A stretch of 64,000 nt of DNA from the human T2T-CHM13v2.0 reference genome, Homo sapiens, in assembly GCA_009914755.4 (NCBI GenBank), contig CP068257.2:26976001-27040000 (forward strand), written 5' to 3'. Of the stretch, positions 25,501-39,929 are shown in pieces. The notes under the pieces were generated by a model. That model worked only from the letters and a program-made list of their open reading frames with translations, did no database searches and was not told the DNA's origin. Position 1 is the first letter of the stretch; each line of letters opens with the position of its first letter. Position numbers and translations under genes: made by a program.

Positions 25501-28500
25501 AGAGCAAAGGAACTGGAAGGAGGAGCACGGTGCACAGGCAAATTAAGTGTTTCCACATTGCCAGAGAGAAAACCATGAGGTACAGATTAATAAGAGCTAA
25601 GCCTGGAGAGGCCAGCAAGATCCTGATCTTCAGGGTCTTACTTATAGCATGTGGTGGAAAGCATTCTGCCGTTTTAAGCAAAGGAGAGGACATGTCTGAT
25701 TTTGTTTTTAGTGGCGTATGAGTTGGTTTGTGCTGCAAAAGAAACAACTGCCTCAAAACCTAGAGGTTTAAAAGAATGAATAGTTAGCTCATGATCCTGA
25801 GGGCAGTTCTTCCGAGCAGCCCAGCTCAGCTCATTCTACCTGGCCCTCTCCTGTGTCTGCAGTCAGCTGGCAAATTGTCTGGCAGCTAGATGATCCAGGC
25901 TGGCCTCACGTACATGGTGATTGGGGGCTGTCTGCCGGAGCTCCTTGGTTTTCCACCACATGGCCTCATATGCACCAGCACGCTAGCTTGAGCTCACTCA
26001 CATGGTCTCAGGATTCTAGGACAAGCAAGAGTGAAATCTGCCAGGCTATTTGAGGCCCAAGCTCACAATGTGGACAACGTCATCACCACCACATTCCATT
26101 TCTTAAAGCCAGTCACAAGGCCAGTCTAGATTCAAGAGAGGTGTAGTGGAGAGGAATGGCTCGCTTTTATGGGAGAAACTGTAGGTTTTACCAAACTGCT
26201 ACAGAGAAGGACAACCAAAGACAAGAAAGCCAGTTAGGAGATGCTGTGTACTGTAGCCTAAAAATGAGATAATGGGCCTAATCTAAAGAAGCGATAGCAA
26301 TGGAGAAAAGGAAACCAAGTTAAGAAACCTTCATGGATAAAATGGTAGAATTTCATGATTGACTAGATCAAGATGAGAAAGAAGAAATCTCTAGTTTGAC
26401 CAAAAGAAAGATAGAAACTAAATATTTGTGTGCCTTATGTGTTTATTGAATTATCTTAACAACATACCAATGGCCAATCCTTATGCAAGTACCAGGTGTG
26501 CATCAAGAAAAGTAGAGAAGAATGTGGATCAATTTTATTTAGCACATATTAATTTAACACCCCCAGTTCTAGTGCCAACTAACGACCCTACCTTCAAGGA
26601 ATTAATACTTCAAGAAACAAGGTACACAGGAAATCAGGTAATAATAGAAAATAGTAACTGATCAAATGATAAAATATATAGTAAAGATAGAAAGTGATAC
26701 AGAACACAGAAGGAAATTCCAGAAGAGTCAGGGAAGTCTTCATGGAGCAGGTGGGACCTAAATAAGGTGGATTTTATAACCAAAAAGTCTCATAAATATT
26801 AGCATTATATTAATTTATCCGAGTATCATCTATATGACTAGTATACATACTTTTAATGTCTTTTCCACATTCCATTGCTAAGAGAATTGAAATAAATAGT
26901 TATTCAAATCATGTTCAATATTCTGTGGTTCAGACGAGGAACCCTGATTAAGAAAATCTGGTTTACACATTATTTCTTGGGATTCAGATTCTAGTTGTTA
27001 AAAATCTGTCAAAACTTGTGCCAGTAATGAGCCAATCATCCAGTACAAAGGCATGCTAGGAGCAAAGCCAGATTGAACCAAGAGAAGGTATTAGGAAACC
27101 AGCAGGGATCTGAGGGGGTGGAGGAGGTTGGAGGGAGAGAAAGAAAGGCTGAGTTGTAATCCTGGAGACAAGGTCCTATTAGCAAAGAGGCCTAGGGAAC
27201 ATTCACTCCAATTTAGAAGAGAAAACAAAGTCCAGAGGAAACCCACAGTCTCTGGCACATGGAAAATAACAATTTTTAAATGAATCTACAGATAGATAGA
27301 AGAATGCAAACCAGGGAATGGGGAGGGAAGATATCAAGCTGTCATTCTGAGAGTTCCGAACAGTGTGGAATTAGAAAATGAAGAGTAGCAGACGCAAGTA
27401 GGAAGCACTTTCTACCAACCTCCCATGATGACCAGTGCTCTGGGGAGATGGAGACACAATGGAGAGCCAAGATCTTTAGGCTCATGATGGCTCAGGAAGA
27501 GGGGTCACCATCTAAGAGTCCTTCAAAAGTGCTTGGAGCTCTTGTGCGAGGGCACAGGATGGACACGAATATTTCTAAATTTTCTCGTATCCAGCAAGGA
27601 AGCTGTTTACATAATAATTCATTGAGTTTGGGGAAGAGTTGAGTCAACATGCAGATCCTAGAAACAATCAGAATGGTACTACAGCGGAATCAGGGGCAAC
27701 CACAAACCAACAGAAACATTCTCACCCTAAATCAAATTAAGGTATCTCTGAAATCCCTGCATCTGCAGAAATCTAGCTATCTGGAAAGTTTCCTCTGACA
27801 ACTACTACTACCACTGAGTACTTCTTGGAGTCCCTAGTGGATGTCTGATCTAGGCTTCAAAACAAATCCAATCCTCTAGACTTGGCTGATTGATCCAATG
27901 TTTCTTTCTCATCTGCCCAGCTGCCTTCTGGTTTATGTGATCTGCCATCCTCCAACACCCTGCCTTTTGTTCTAGGTGCATCCACTTCTAATTAACATTT
28001 CACCTTCTGTCTAACTCTGGTCTGCCCTGCAGGAGATCATGGCTGCTATGAAGAACAATCACAGTGCTAAGTATGTATGATGTTAGGTGAAGACACCCTT
28101 TGACACTCTCAGAAGGAAATTAAAGGAATATTCTACCCTACCGCGCATATTGGGCTTTTAGTAAAAATTGTTGTAAAAATTTACTGTTAAGAAAAACTGA
28201 CTAGTGCCTCTTTGTTATTGTCTTTTTCTTTCTATTCCTTTTTTCATGCTTTTTTCATCTGTCATTTTTCTTTTGCTGCTGTAAACTCACAAAGGAATAA
28301 AAAAATCCTTGTTTCCTCACTTTCACCACAGATAGAAGGTACCAGCAATTGTGTTTTTAAAAGTCTAAACTCTCCTTCAACTACAACTCCAGGGGAAAGT
28401 ACAGTTTTCATATTTCGGATCCATAAAGATAGAAGAAGTCAGGAAGAGTAATGGAAGGTGATGTTTTGAACTGAAGAGAAGTGCCCCAATACCTAGGGTG

Positions 28501-30354
28501 GCTTCTTTGAGTTAAAAGAAGGCAGTGGTGACAATGAACTTGCAGTGTGCCCCCCTCCTACCCACAGACAAGGGCTGCAGAACCTCTAAAAAATGGGCTA
28601 TATAATGGCTTAAGGCCTGACCACCTGGAAGTCTTCTTATCCTGAGCCCAGAGCCACCCATTTCCTAACAGAACAGATAACCCTAAACAATGAGCATCTC
28701 AAAAGAGACAATGATGGATAGAAGGTCAAAGGATTTACCCCAATCTTCTGGATTGGAAAAGCTCCTTGGTTGTTGTAAAGACTGGACACCCAGCAAAACA
28801 TAACTAAGTTTAAATATTCTACAAACCCTAATGAACAGGAACTGAGAGATTTATTTCACTTAGAAAAATATAGTGGTTTTTGCACACATAAGTGAAGCAC
28901 AGAGATACAAATTATACAATTTCTTCAGTTTTTATTATCAAGTCTCTCTCTCTCAGCTAGAACTGGACCAGGGATGGATCCAAAAACAAACAGAAAGCCA
29001 TATTCAGAGCAGCCACTTCCCTCACACAACCACTGCTTGGCTGTCAGGCCAAGCTTATCTTTCTGGATCTCTGTCCCTGAGGATAAATTCTCTCCCACAA
29101 GATTCAACAATGTCTACTGCAAATAGGCCTCTGGTCTATCTGCCACATCAGTTAGCCAAATGTACAGATGGTTCTGAATTCCAGAGGTGGATGAATACAT
29201 GTGAGACTCAAGCCATCACGTTGGGGCTCAAAAGAAATTTGATGTTGAAAAAGTGAGAACCCCTGACATATTAGTAAATAGGCACCTTCAGGAGCTTACT
29301 GAATACTAGTAGTCCATTAAATGTTGAAACAACCCCAAAATTTCACATTAAGAGTTTATTTCTTGCTGCTCTAGGCTGAATGCATGTGTTCCCCCAAAAT
29401 TGAAAAGCTGAAATCCTAACCCCAAAAGTGATCTTGAGGTGGGATAGTTCCCTTGACCCCCTTCATGGGCAGGAACTGGAGGGACTCAATTCAGTCAGCC
29501 TGCCACTGGCCACTCCTCATGGGAGGGAGCGTGCAAGCAAGTAAGTGTGGGAACCGGAGTGAACAAATGCTGGAAGCATCCGGTCACTCTTCTCTGGTGG
29601 GAGCAGGCTCTACGCAGGCCCAGCAGCAGTGTCCAAGCGTGTTACTACCAATCCTCTTTCAGCTCTGCTCTCTGGGGATGGCCAAGTACCAACCAGCTCA
29701 GTGGAGGGTTGGGGTGGCAGCCCCTGCCCTCTCAACACCAGGGTTCTTGTCTGGTGTCCAAGAAGAATCAGGTCACATGAACTGTTTGAAAGGTGATGAA
29801 TGCGGAAGACTTTACTGAGCGGAGGGTGGCTTTCAGCAGAAAGGGATGGGAAGGTGATCTTTCCCTGAAGCCCAGCCATCTCCGGCCAGGGCCCTCTCTG
29901 AAGCCGCACCATCCAAAGTTAGCTGCCTCTAACTGTAGTCTCTGACAGTTGCTTCTCTGCTCACTGCTCAGCTGCTTGATACAAGCTGTCTGAATAACAA
30001 GCATCCTTCATGCTCAGCCACTTGTGTTGCTCTGCCGGCTAATGTCTTTTATAAGCACAGGATGGGGGCAAGGCAGGGCAAAAAGGCAACATTTGGGTGG
30101 AAAAACCAGGTCAGCTGTTTTCGCTTAGGGTCGCAGTTCCAGGGTAAGGGTGGGGTTTAGCCGGGAACCCAGCCCTTCTGTATCAATAGTACTAGAAGCT
30201 TGGGCCTTGGCAGTGGTCACATACCCCACAGTCTAAGGCTGGCTGGGTAGCTGCTGCCCTCTTTGGACAGGCATGTGTTCCCCACAGTCCCCACCAGTTC
30301 CTACTGCTTTGCTACACTGAAGGTGTCAGCAACCACTTATTGCACTTGCTCTGC

Positions 30355-30975
30355 ACTATGGTCTGAATGTTTGCGTACCTTCAAAATTCATATGCAGAAA
30401 TCTTCACCCTTAAGGTGATGGTGGCAGGAGGTTGGGACTTCAGAAGGGGATTAAGTCATGGGGGTAGAGCCCTCATAAATGGGATTAGTACCCTTATAAA
30501 AGAGGCTGAAGAGAGACTCCTCACCCCTCCACATATGAGAACATAGAGAAAAGATTATGTTGACTGGGTGCAGTGGCTCATGCCTGTAATTGCACATCAA
30601 GAGACTGAGGGGGGAGGATTGTTTGAGGTCAGGAGTCCAAAACCAGCCTGGGCAACATAGAAAGACCCCTTCTCTAGAGAAAAAAATTAAAAATTATCCA
30701 GGCAAGGTCATGCACACCTGTAGTCCCAGCTACTGGAGGCTTAGGTGGGAGGATCGCTTGAGCCTAGGAGTTCAAGGCTGCAGTGAGACAGGACTGCAGC
30801 ACTGCACTCCAGCCTAGGCAACAGAGTGACCAGTAAGCAGGTCCTTACCAGACACCTATGCTGCAGCCTTGACCTTAGACTTCCCAGCCTCCAAAACTGT
30901 GAGAAATGAATGTCTGTTGTTTATAAGCTATCCAGTCTATGATAATTTGTTCTAGCAGCCTGAATAGACTAAGAC
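30355..30975 (-). mobile_element. MaLR-type LTR relic (family undetermined; the 'tatggtctgaatgtttg…aaattcatatg…' family), split by an Alu
   Basis: ctatggtctgaatgtttgcgtaccttcaaaattcatatgcagaaatc…gagccctcataaatgggattagtacccttataaaagagg … [Alu] … cttcccagcctccaaaactgtgagaaatgaatgtctgttgtttataagctatccagtctatgataatttgttctagcagcctgaatagactaagaca. The strand is given relative to the usual tgtcttagtcc… orientation of this repeat class. Confidence 0.5.
30565..30833 (+). mobile_element. Alu SINE (+), 3'-truncated (no poly-A) inside the LTR relic
   Basis: gactgggtgcagtggctcatgcctgtaattgcacatcaagagactgagggggg…gcactccagcctaggcaacagagtgacc. Confidence 0.85.
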
Positions 30976-31221
30976 ACTAGCTCATGTAATAATCAAATGA
31001 AGTCAGCAGGAAGCTCTGCTCCATGTAGTCATTCAGGGATGCAGTGTCCTGCCATCTTGTGATAGCAGCATGTTCTAAGGCTTCATCTTCCTCTACATTA
31101 AGCCAGTGATAGGAGCATGAAGAACTGCATGTGAGAAGGTTCCATGGGCCAAGACTCGAAGTTGTGTGCAACACTTACCTCCCAATTCCATTGACATGAA
31201 TTCAGGCACATCAAACCCCAC

Positions 31222-31595
31222 TGTACTGATCTGTTCTCACATTACTATAAGGAAATACCCAAGACTGGGTAATTTATAAAGGAAAGAGGCTTAATTGACC
31301 CACAGTTCCACATGGCTGGGGAGGCCTCAGGAAACTTACAATCATGGTGGAAGGCGAAGGGGAAGCAAGGCACCTTCGTCACAAGGTGGCAGGAAGAAGA
31401 ATAACCAATGGAGAAACTTGCCAAACATAAAACCATCAGATCTCATGAGAATTCACCCACTATCACAAGAGCAACATGGGGAGACCGCCCCATAATTCGG
31501 TCACCTCTACCTGGTCTCTCCCTTGACATATGGGGATTATGGGGATCACAATTCCAGGTAAGATTTTGGGTGGGGACACAGCAAAACCATATCAC
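31222..31595 (+). mobile_element. MST-family (MaLR) solo LTR
   Basis: …tctcacattactataaggaaatacccaagactgggtaatttataaaggaaagaggcttaattgacccacagttccacatggctggggaggcctcaggaaacttacaatcatggtggaaggcgaagg…ggggattatggggatcacaattccaggtaagattttgggtggggacacagcaaaaccatatca. Confidence 0.75.
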
Positions 31596-32756
31596 CCACC
31601 ATCCCACCACCACCACCTATTGGCCACTGCAAAGAAATATGGAAAATGTGTGCCTAGAAATTAGTGGAAATTAGTCTGGTAAACAATCAGCTCATCTCAA
31701 GTTCCAGCCACAGAACATCATAGCTCTTTCTCCCTGCTTATGTTTCTTCACTCTGCTGGATCAAATGAGCTAATAACTGAGGAAATAACAAAACAAAGTA
31801 TTAAATTCTGACTACTTTCCAATGGCCTAAACAACTCATAGAGTCTTAATTCTTTTTGTGAAATTTAAATCCTGAAAATATTTAGGTAAATCAATTTCTC
31901 ATTCTAATAACTATTTCATAATAAATTGGCTAATTTGTTCTGGTGGTTTTGATGACCAGGCAATGTAAAATACTGGAAATCTAATTTTTTGTTTCTCAGA
32001 AATGTACAAATACTGCCTCACTCCACATTTTTGTTAATCTGATGAGAGATTGGCATTTGAGTTTAAGAACCTCTCTAGACTGAGGCCAGTGCTCTGGGGC
32101 CTGGAGACTTGGCCACAGATTCGAAGGTTTTTTGGTGAGTTATAGGAATGGAACTGAATGTGCATGCCCTTGGGGTAGGAGTGCCCTCATCAGGGAAACT
32201 ACAGAGTTACCTCCTTCTCCTCATCTCAAAGACTATGAAGTGAGTCTTTGAGGCCAGACAGGTAATCTACTTGTCCTCCTTTTGGGAGTTCCAGATACAC
32301 ACAGGGCACATTTTCCTGCCAGACTCTGTTTAATTCTCCATGCTGCACTGCACTGTCCTTTTACTAACTGCATGCATCCCCAAGCTTACACCAGGAAATT
32401 CATTTAGGGAGGGTCTCAGATAAGACTTCTCTTAATATTCTGTGAATTTAGTCTATCTCAGTCAGCCTCTGTTTCTAATAAATGCCTTCTACTCTAAACA
32501 GATTTGAAATTATTCCGTTTATCTCACTGTCAGCTTTTGTCCAAGATCCTGTTCAGTTATAGACTGCCATACACAAGGTAAGAATAATTCAAAAGTTTCA
32601 GAGACCTATAAAGGTACTGAAGGATTAAGAAAAATTGACACAAATTCCAAAGGAAAAAGACTCAAAAAGAATTTTTCACATCATGGTCCCCTAAATTTCT
32701 GCATACCATCAACTTAGCTGTTTTTTTTTTAACAGTACAGATTCCTGAGCCCCATT

Positions 32757-33107
32757 GTTATGGTCTGAATGCTTGCATCTCCCCAAAATTCATATGTGGA
32801 AACTTTATCACCAATGCAATGATATTAGCAGGTGGGGACTTTGGGAGTTGATCAGGTCATGAGGTCAGAACCCTTGTAAATGAGATTAATGTCCTCATAA
32901 AAGAGATCTGAGGGAGTCTGCCCCTCTCATCATGTGAGGACACAAGTAGAAAGTGCTATCTCTGAATTAGGAAGTAGGCCCTCACTAGACACCAAATCTG
33001 CCAGTGCCTTGCTCTTAGACTTTCCAGCCTTCAGAACTGTGAGCAATAAGTTTCTGTTGTATATAAGCCACCCCTGTTTGTTATCACAGCCCAAAAGGAC
33101 CAAGGCA
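32757..33107 (-). mobile_element. MaLR-type LTR relic, same class as 30355-30975
   Basis: gttatggtctgaatgcttgcatctccccaaaattcatatgtggaaac…cagaacccttgtaaatgagattaatgtcctcataaaagag…tttccagccttcagaactgtgagcaataagtttctgttgtatataagccacccc. Confidence 0.5.
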
Positions 33108-33664
33108 CCCACTATATACCTATAAATTCACATTCTCTTAAGGATAGAGCTGGGATTCGGAATTTTTAAACAAATTCCCCAGGTGATTTTAATTCATGTT
33201 AAAGCTGAGAATCATGAAAGAAAAGGCTAATTATGAATCAAAAGAAGGTTGTGAGGGTCACTTGATGAAATATCTGTGTCTTGAGAGAGAACATCTGGCA
33301 CATGTTTGCAGAGGTTTGATGTCTGTATGTTATCATTATAATATGAGCAGCATATGGATGACTATGAAGAGAAAGAGGGAGGTGCTCCTTCCTCCTGCAT
33401 CAACCTGTCATCTCAGGAAAAGCCTGATGTCCTGATAGATAACCCATAAATAGTGAGCTGGGTGATTCACTTAAGCATATCCTGAAGGACACCATGCCCT
33501 ATCCCTGCTTCATACATAAAAGATTAGACAGAGGGAGAAGAGGATATGAGGGGACAACTGCCTCTTTCTTAACATTTCCCTGAGAGTGGAGGGGGAAGAA
33601 CATTGAACTTGTCCTACCTCCTTCAAAGGTTTGACCCAAGAGACTCTCTCATAAAGTTTGAGGG

Positions 33665-34110
33665 TATTTCAGTTATCTGTTGCTATGTAACAAACCACCC
33701 CCAAAACAAAGTGGCTCAAAATAACAATGTTATCTCCATGGTTCTATCAATTGACAATGTTCAGTCAGATGGCCTTATTTGGTATTTTTCATATAGCATC
33801 AGTCAGGTGGCAGCTGGATTTGGAGATCACTAAAGGTTCATGGGCCATGCATGTAAAATGGCTCACTCATATGACTAGGAATTGATGCTGAGTGTCAGCC
33901 TGGAGCTCAGCTGGGGTTGTCAAGCACAGAACATGTATGTGGCCTCTCCATTTGGCATGAGCTTCCAACAGCATTGGTTGGGGCATGGCAAGTCTGAAAA
34001 GGACTGATCCAAGAGCAAGTCCTCTTGTGAACTAGTCTCATAAGTCCCAGAACATCCCTTCTGATTCATTCTACTAGTTAAGCATGTTGCTTGGGCCAAT
34101 CCAAATCCAA
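33665..34110 (+). mobile_element. Ancient LTR-class repeat relic (family undetermined)
   Basis: cagttatctgttgctatgtaacaaaccacccccaaaacaaagtggctcaaaataacaatgttatctccatggttctatcaattg… and …acatgtatgtggcctctccatttggcatgagc… This is the common motif grammar of an ancient mammalian repeat. Low confidence in extent and family. Confidence 0.35.
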
Positions 34111-34366
34111 GAGAAGAAGAAATAGGCTCCTGTTCTTAATAAGGGGTGTGGTAAAGTCATATTGGAAAAGAACATTAAGGGTGAGAGATATTGTCGCTGC
34201 CATCTTTTGAAAATATGATTTTCTATAGAATGTGGCTCTGAAATATGGTACAGAGATTGTTTTTGTTTTTCCACCAAGGGAACTTGGAAGAAAATGCAAA
34301 AGGTACCCAAGATTCTGAGGATGGGCTAATACAAATCCAAAAGGTGGTACAGAAAGTAGCACTGGG

Positions 34367-34778
<412 letters not shown>

Positions 34779-35937
34779 TTATAGCAGAGGGAACAAAGGC
34801 TGGAACCACGCATTGCCTGTAAGAATTCCCCAGGGGCGAGGGTTGAGGGCTGCAGAAGGCCACCCTGCAGACCTCTTACATGAAGTGAATGGACACCACA
34901 ACCATACACACACATACCCCATTCTGACAGCAAAGACCAACACAAAAGGCCCTCCTCCACCTCTCCTTTCCACTCAGGCTTGGGATGCACTGAGTAGTGC
35001 TCAGAGGATGCACAGGCATTAGGGCAAGAACAAGAGGGAGTGATTGTAACAGAAAGATCAAACTTTCCCTCTTCTCTACCATGTTCCTTGAAGCTGAGCT
35101 GAAGACCATTATGGGGGATAGTGATTCTTGAATGTGACTGAATATTTACTCTACATGAGACTTGAGAGTGTAATTACCAGATTATAATGCAAATCACTAG
35201 TCAGAACTGAATTTATCAGCAGAGGCTGAGATTTCTTAATGGTGTTTTATACTTTTGCCTCTTTGCATACCTCCTTCCCATTCAGAAGTCCCTGGAAAAT
35301 GTTAGGAACTTGAAAAATTATGACAGCAGCTTAAAAATAATTATTCCATGTTTGGACATTACTAAGATGCTCAGATTGCTCCTGCTAACTTTATGTATGT
35401 AAATACTTTTTTGAAATAAAGCATTTGACCCACTTTCCACTGGAAAAATCCTGAGAGTTAAACCTAATAGTTGCACCAGAGGTGGTTCTTTGGCAAAAAG
35501 TAGGTTATGTATGGGGTGTTTTGGCTCAATAGAAATACCTATTTTATCCTGGCAATAGAGCTGTGTGATCATTTATAAATGTCTGTCCTTGTCACTAGTC
35601 TGTAAGATCCCTGAGGACAGGGACCAAGTCTGCTTTGCCCATTACTGATTGCATCTCTAGCACTAAACTTGGTGCCTCTCACAGGAAAGGTATTCAGGTA
35701 AGGTTTGTTAAATGAATAATTAAATTAAGTTGATGAGTCAAAGAAGCCCAGAACTCTAGCAGTAGAAGAGACTTTTGAGATCATTTAGTTCAACCTTGAT
35801 CTTCTATGTTGTGATTCTGAGATCCACAGACATTAAAGAACCCACTCACCATAAAGAAGTATGTCAATGGCAGAGCAAGAAGCAAAACTCAGGTCTCTTG
35901 TCTCTGAATTCAGGGATTTCCAAAACATACTGTGTTT

Positions 35938-36283
35938 TCTTTTATTTATTTATTTTTATTTATTATACTTTAAGTTTTAGGGTACATGTGCACAACGTGC
36001 AGGTTAGCTACATATGTATACATGTGCCATGTTGGTGTGCTGCACCCAGTAACTCGTCATTTAACATTAGGTATATCTCCTAATGCTATCCCTCCCCGCT
36101 CCCCCCACCCCACAACAGGCCCTGGTGTGTGATGTTCCCCTTCCTGTGTCCATGTGTTCTCATGGTTCAATTTCCACCTATGAGTGAGAACATGCAGTGT
36201 TTGGTTTTTTGTCCTTGCGATAGTTTGCTGAGAATGATGGTTTCCAGTTTCATCCACGTCCCTACAAAGGACATGACTGTGTT
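35938..36283 (-). mobile_element. L1 (L1PA-type) extreme 3'-end fragment, about 345 bp, minus orientation
   Basis: ttatttatttttatttattatactttaagttttagggtacatgtgcacaacgtgcaggttagctacatatgtatacatgtgccatgttggtgtgctgcacccagtaactcgtcatttaacattaggtatatctcctaatgctatccctcc… This is antisense of the L1 3'UTR and ORF2 end. Confidence 0.9.
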
Positions 36284-37163
36284 TTCTTCTCTACGCCACG
36301 GTACAGCAGAAGAGCTAAGCACTAACCAGAATCTGGCTCTGTCTCCAAGGCAGTATCAATATTTCCTTGCTTTTCCCCTCTCCCCTTAAAGTCATATCAC
36401 TTAGCTAAATTAAAAGAGGAAGCTCATAAGTAGAATAGAATGTTCACAAAAACTAAACCCATCTAGAAGGAAAGAATGAGGGTGGAAAGGGGGCTCTCGT
36501 CTGACCCGATTAAGAAATAAGTATAGGGTACACTAAAGAATCAAAACATATCACCTCAGTGAACAAACCTTTGATCGTTTATTCATTCAACAATATTCAC
36601 TGAGCATCTACATTGTGACAGACACTGTTTTAGGAACTGGAAAGAGGTAACAAATAAGACAAAGTCGTTTCCCACAAGTAGAGTATATTCTAGTTCGGGA
36701 GGCAGAAATAAACAACTACATGAACAGTAGAATTTCTGAGAGTGATAAGTAATTGGAAGTAAATAAATGTTATGCTGGGATACAGGATAACTGCTGGGAG
36801 AGGGTCTCCTTTGGAAGAGATGATCAGGAAGGCTTTTCAAAGGCGGTAACATTTTATTTGGAGTCTACAAAGGGAAGGAACTTGCCATGCTAAGCACTAA
36901 GGAAATATACCAGAGGCCAAGGGAACAACAAATGCTAAGGTTCAGGGGCAATAAGAATTTGAAGGAAGTGGAGAAGAAAATCAAGGCAAAGGAAACAGCT
37001 CAAGGAAAAGCAAAATAATAAAATAATAAAATTTTTACTTTTTTTAAAATAACAAAAGTTTAAAAGCATGAAACTACATGGCATGTTTGGAAACAAATAA
37101 TTCAAATATATGCATGGGAATGAGGTCAGAAACCAAGGCTGGGAGGCTATAAAGAACATCTGA

Positions 37164-37725
<562 letters not shown>

Positions 37726-39547
37726 TTACGGGTTTCCAAATTGGGCAATGGGGGAATGGAAGTACCTATAGCCAACATCTTGGGGAGCAACTGTGTGAGA
37801 TGAGTTCAGGTGAGGTTGTACCTGGAGGTCAGACATCTTGGAATATTAGAGAGGGGTGTCTAGCCAACTATTCAGAGTTGAAGTCTAGTCTTGAGAAGGA
37901 AGAGGTAAAGATGTAGATTTGGAAGTCCTCGGCATATAAAGGGGAGTTGAATCCATGGGGGTGAATGATGTTAACTCAGAAGATGAAAGGGGCTTGAGGA
38001 AACAGACAGCTGAGAAGAGGCTATGAAAGATATGCAGAAGAGAACTTTAGGGGATGATTTCATTTAAATGGAGAGACGACAAAAAAGAACCATCAAAGGA
38101 TGCTAAAGGTGGGTACAGAGTGGTAGTGGGGAAAGTGATTGAATGAGAGAAGCAGCAAGGAATCAAGAATGTCAAAAATATTGTCAAGAGGAGAGGAGAC
38201 CGTAGTTGGAATTGTGTAATTATTATTTCTGTGGACCAAGTAAATCTTATTCAGGAAGATAGTTAGAGCTACATTGCTATTCTGGAAATAAGTATAAATT
38301 GTGCTAGTCAAAGCGCATAGTTTTATGCTCCAATAAAATCTTTGCCAGCTGTCAAATACCAGTCACTTTAAAACATAATAAAGACCTATTTCACAGTGAG
38401 AAGTATTCCTTTTCCCCCCAGACTCCATGCAAATTATGGATAAAGAATGTAGCAATTTAATAAATCACTGTACTTTTGAACTTAGCCATAAGAAGAAACT
38501 ACCAGAAGTGTGATTTAGAAGAAAAACTATAAAAAATATTCTACTTATTGTTGAACTGAATCAAGGCTTTTATGGAAATAAATGTGATGGTAGTTTATCA
38601 AAAAGAGGGTACTTGAAACAGAATAGAAATAAAACAGAATAAAGTAGTGTTATTTCACTTCTAAACATTGTCACTTGAATAGACCATTGTCTATGGATTT
38701 TTAATTGTAAGTTGCAATTTGAGTTCAATCAAAATTAATACCTATCACAAGAATGATTTCATTTTTGTCTCCTCTGTATAATTACCAAATTGATATAATA
38801 TCTTGCATAGAGCATTATCACGAAGGTCAGACCATCTTCTTTCAAAACACTTTGTTTTCCTTGGAATCTCTCTATATCAACCACCTCAGAGAATCTCTGG
38901 TAATGTCATTACAGAGAAATAGAAAATAAAGTCTGCCATGTTATTAACATGCCATTATTTTGCAAAAGAGAAAAGTTTAATAGAAATTTAAATAAAAGAA
39001 ATAGGTGGGGATGGGAAGAAAAACCATATCAAAATGTGAAAATCAAGTAAGACAACTTGTTCAAATTCCAACAGTCCACAACATACCACATTATACCTGT
39101 CTTATAAATTTTCCCCTAAGCGTGGAATAGAAAATTAAATTACCACATTTCTGTGATTTAAGATCTTTGGATTTGATTTGAATAGCTGTATTTCTGAAGT
39201 TGCTTCATTACATTTTTTCCTATGGAGGTAAAGTTTTTATTTTCAGAATTATTCACACCATATTTTTAGTCCCCTAAGATCTTAAAATGCAAACAGTGGT
39301 TGCTGACTTTATTAAAACATAAGAAAAGTTAGGTAATATTTATGATACTGTTGATCACCTACCCAACAATATTTCTTCCCTCTTTCCTTTCAGAGTGTTG
39401 ATTTTATTTAGGCATTCACTCTCCCCTCTTCACTGGGGAAATCCCGATTAGCCTAAGCCATTCTTGGGCATGTCATTGCCCAGGAAACCAACACCAGGAT
39501 GAACCTATGACCTAAGTTGACCCAATCAGATTGGAAAGAAGGGCTTA

Positions 39548-39655
39548 TAGTTTCTTCCTTTTCTTTCTTTTTTCCTTTCTTTCTCTCTTTTCTTCCTCCC
39601 TTCCTTCCTTCCTTCCTCCCTCCCTCCCTTCCTTCTTTTCTGTCTTTCTTTCCTG
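39548..39655. repeat. Polypyrimidine (TTCC/CTTT) tract
   Basis: tttcttccttttctttcttttttcctttctttctctcttttcttcctcccttccttccttccttcctccctccctcccttccttcttttctgtctttctttcc. Confidence 0.85.
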
Positions 39656-39929
39656 CTGGACATGAACAAGGAAGCATGAAGTCCCAGCTGTCACAGACAG
39701 TCATCTTGCTCCCATGAGGGGAACCCACTTTAGAATTAAAAATGGCAAAGCAGAAATATAGAAATAAACTAAATTCTTGAGGACTCCATTAAGCTATTGT
39801 TCATTCCACCTGAAACCCACTTTACCCTTTAGACTACCAGAAATAAAAGAAAATAAATAACATTATTTATTTTCATTTGAGTTGAGGTTTAGCCTTCTTA
39901 AGACATAAACCAGATTATCCTGAGATAAA

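Noticed and set aside
30565-30833. Alu lacking a poly-A tail, considered as evidence of a non-canonical insertion
   Set aside because: It is most simply a secondary 3' deletion that removed the tail, since the host LTR relic resumes immediately. Nothing further can be inferred.
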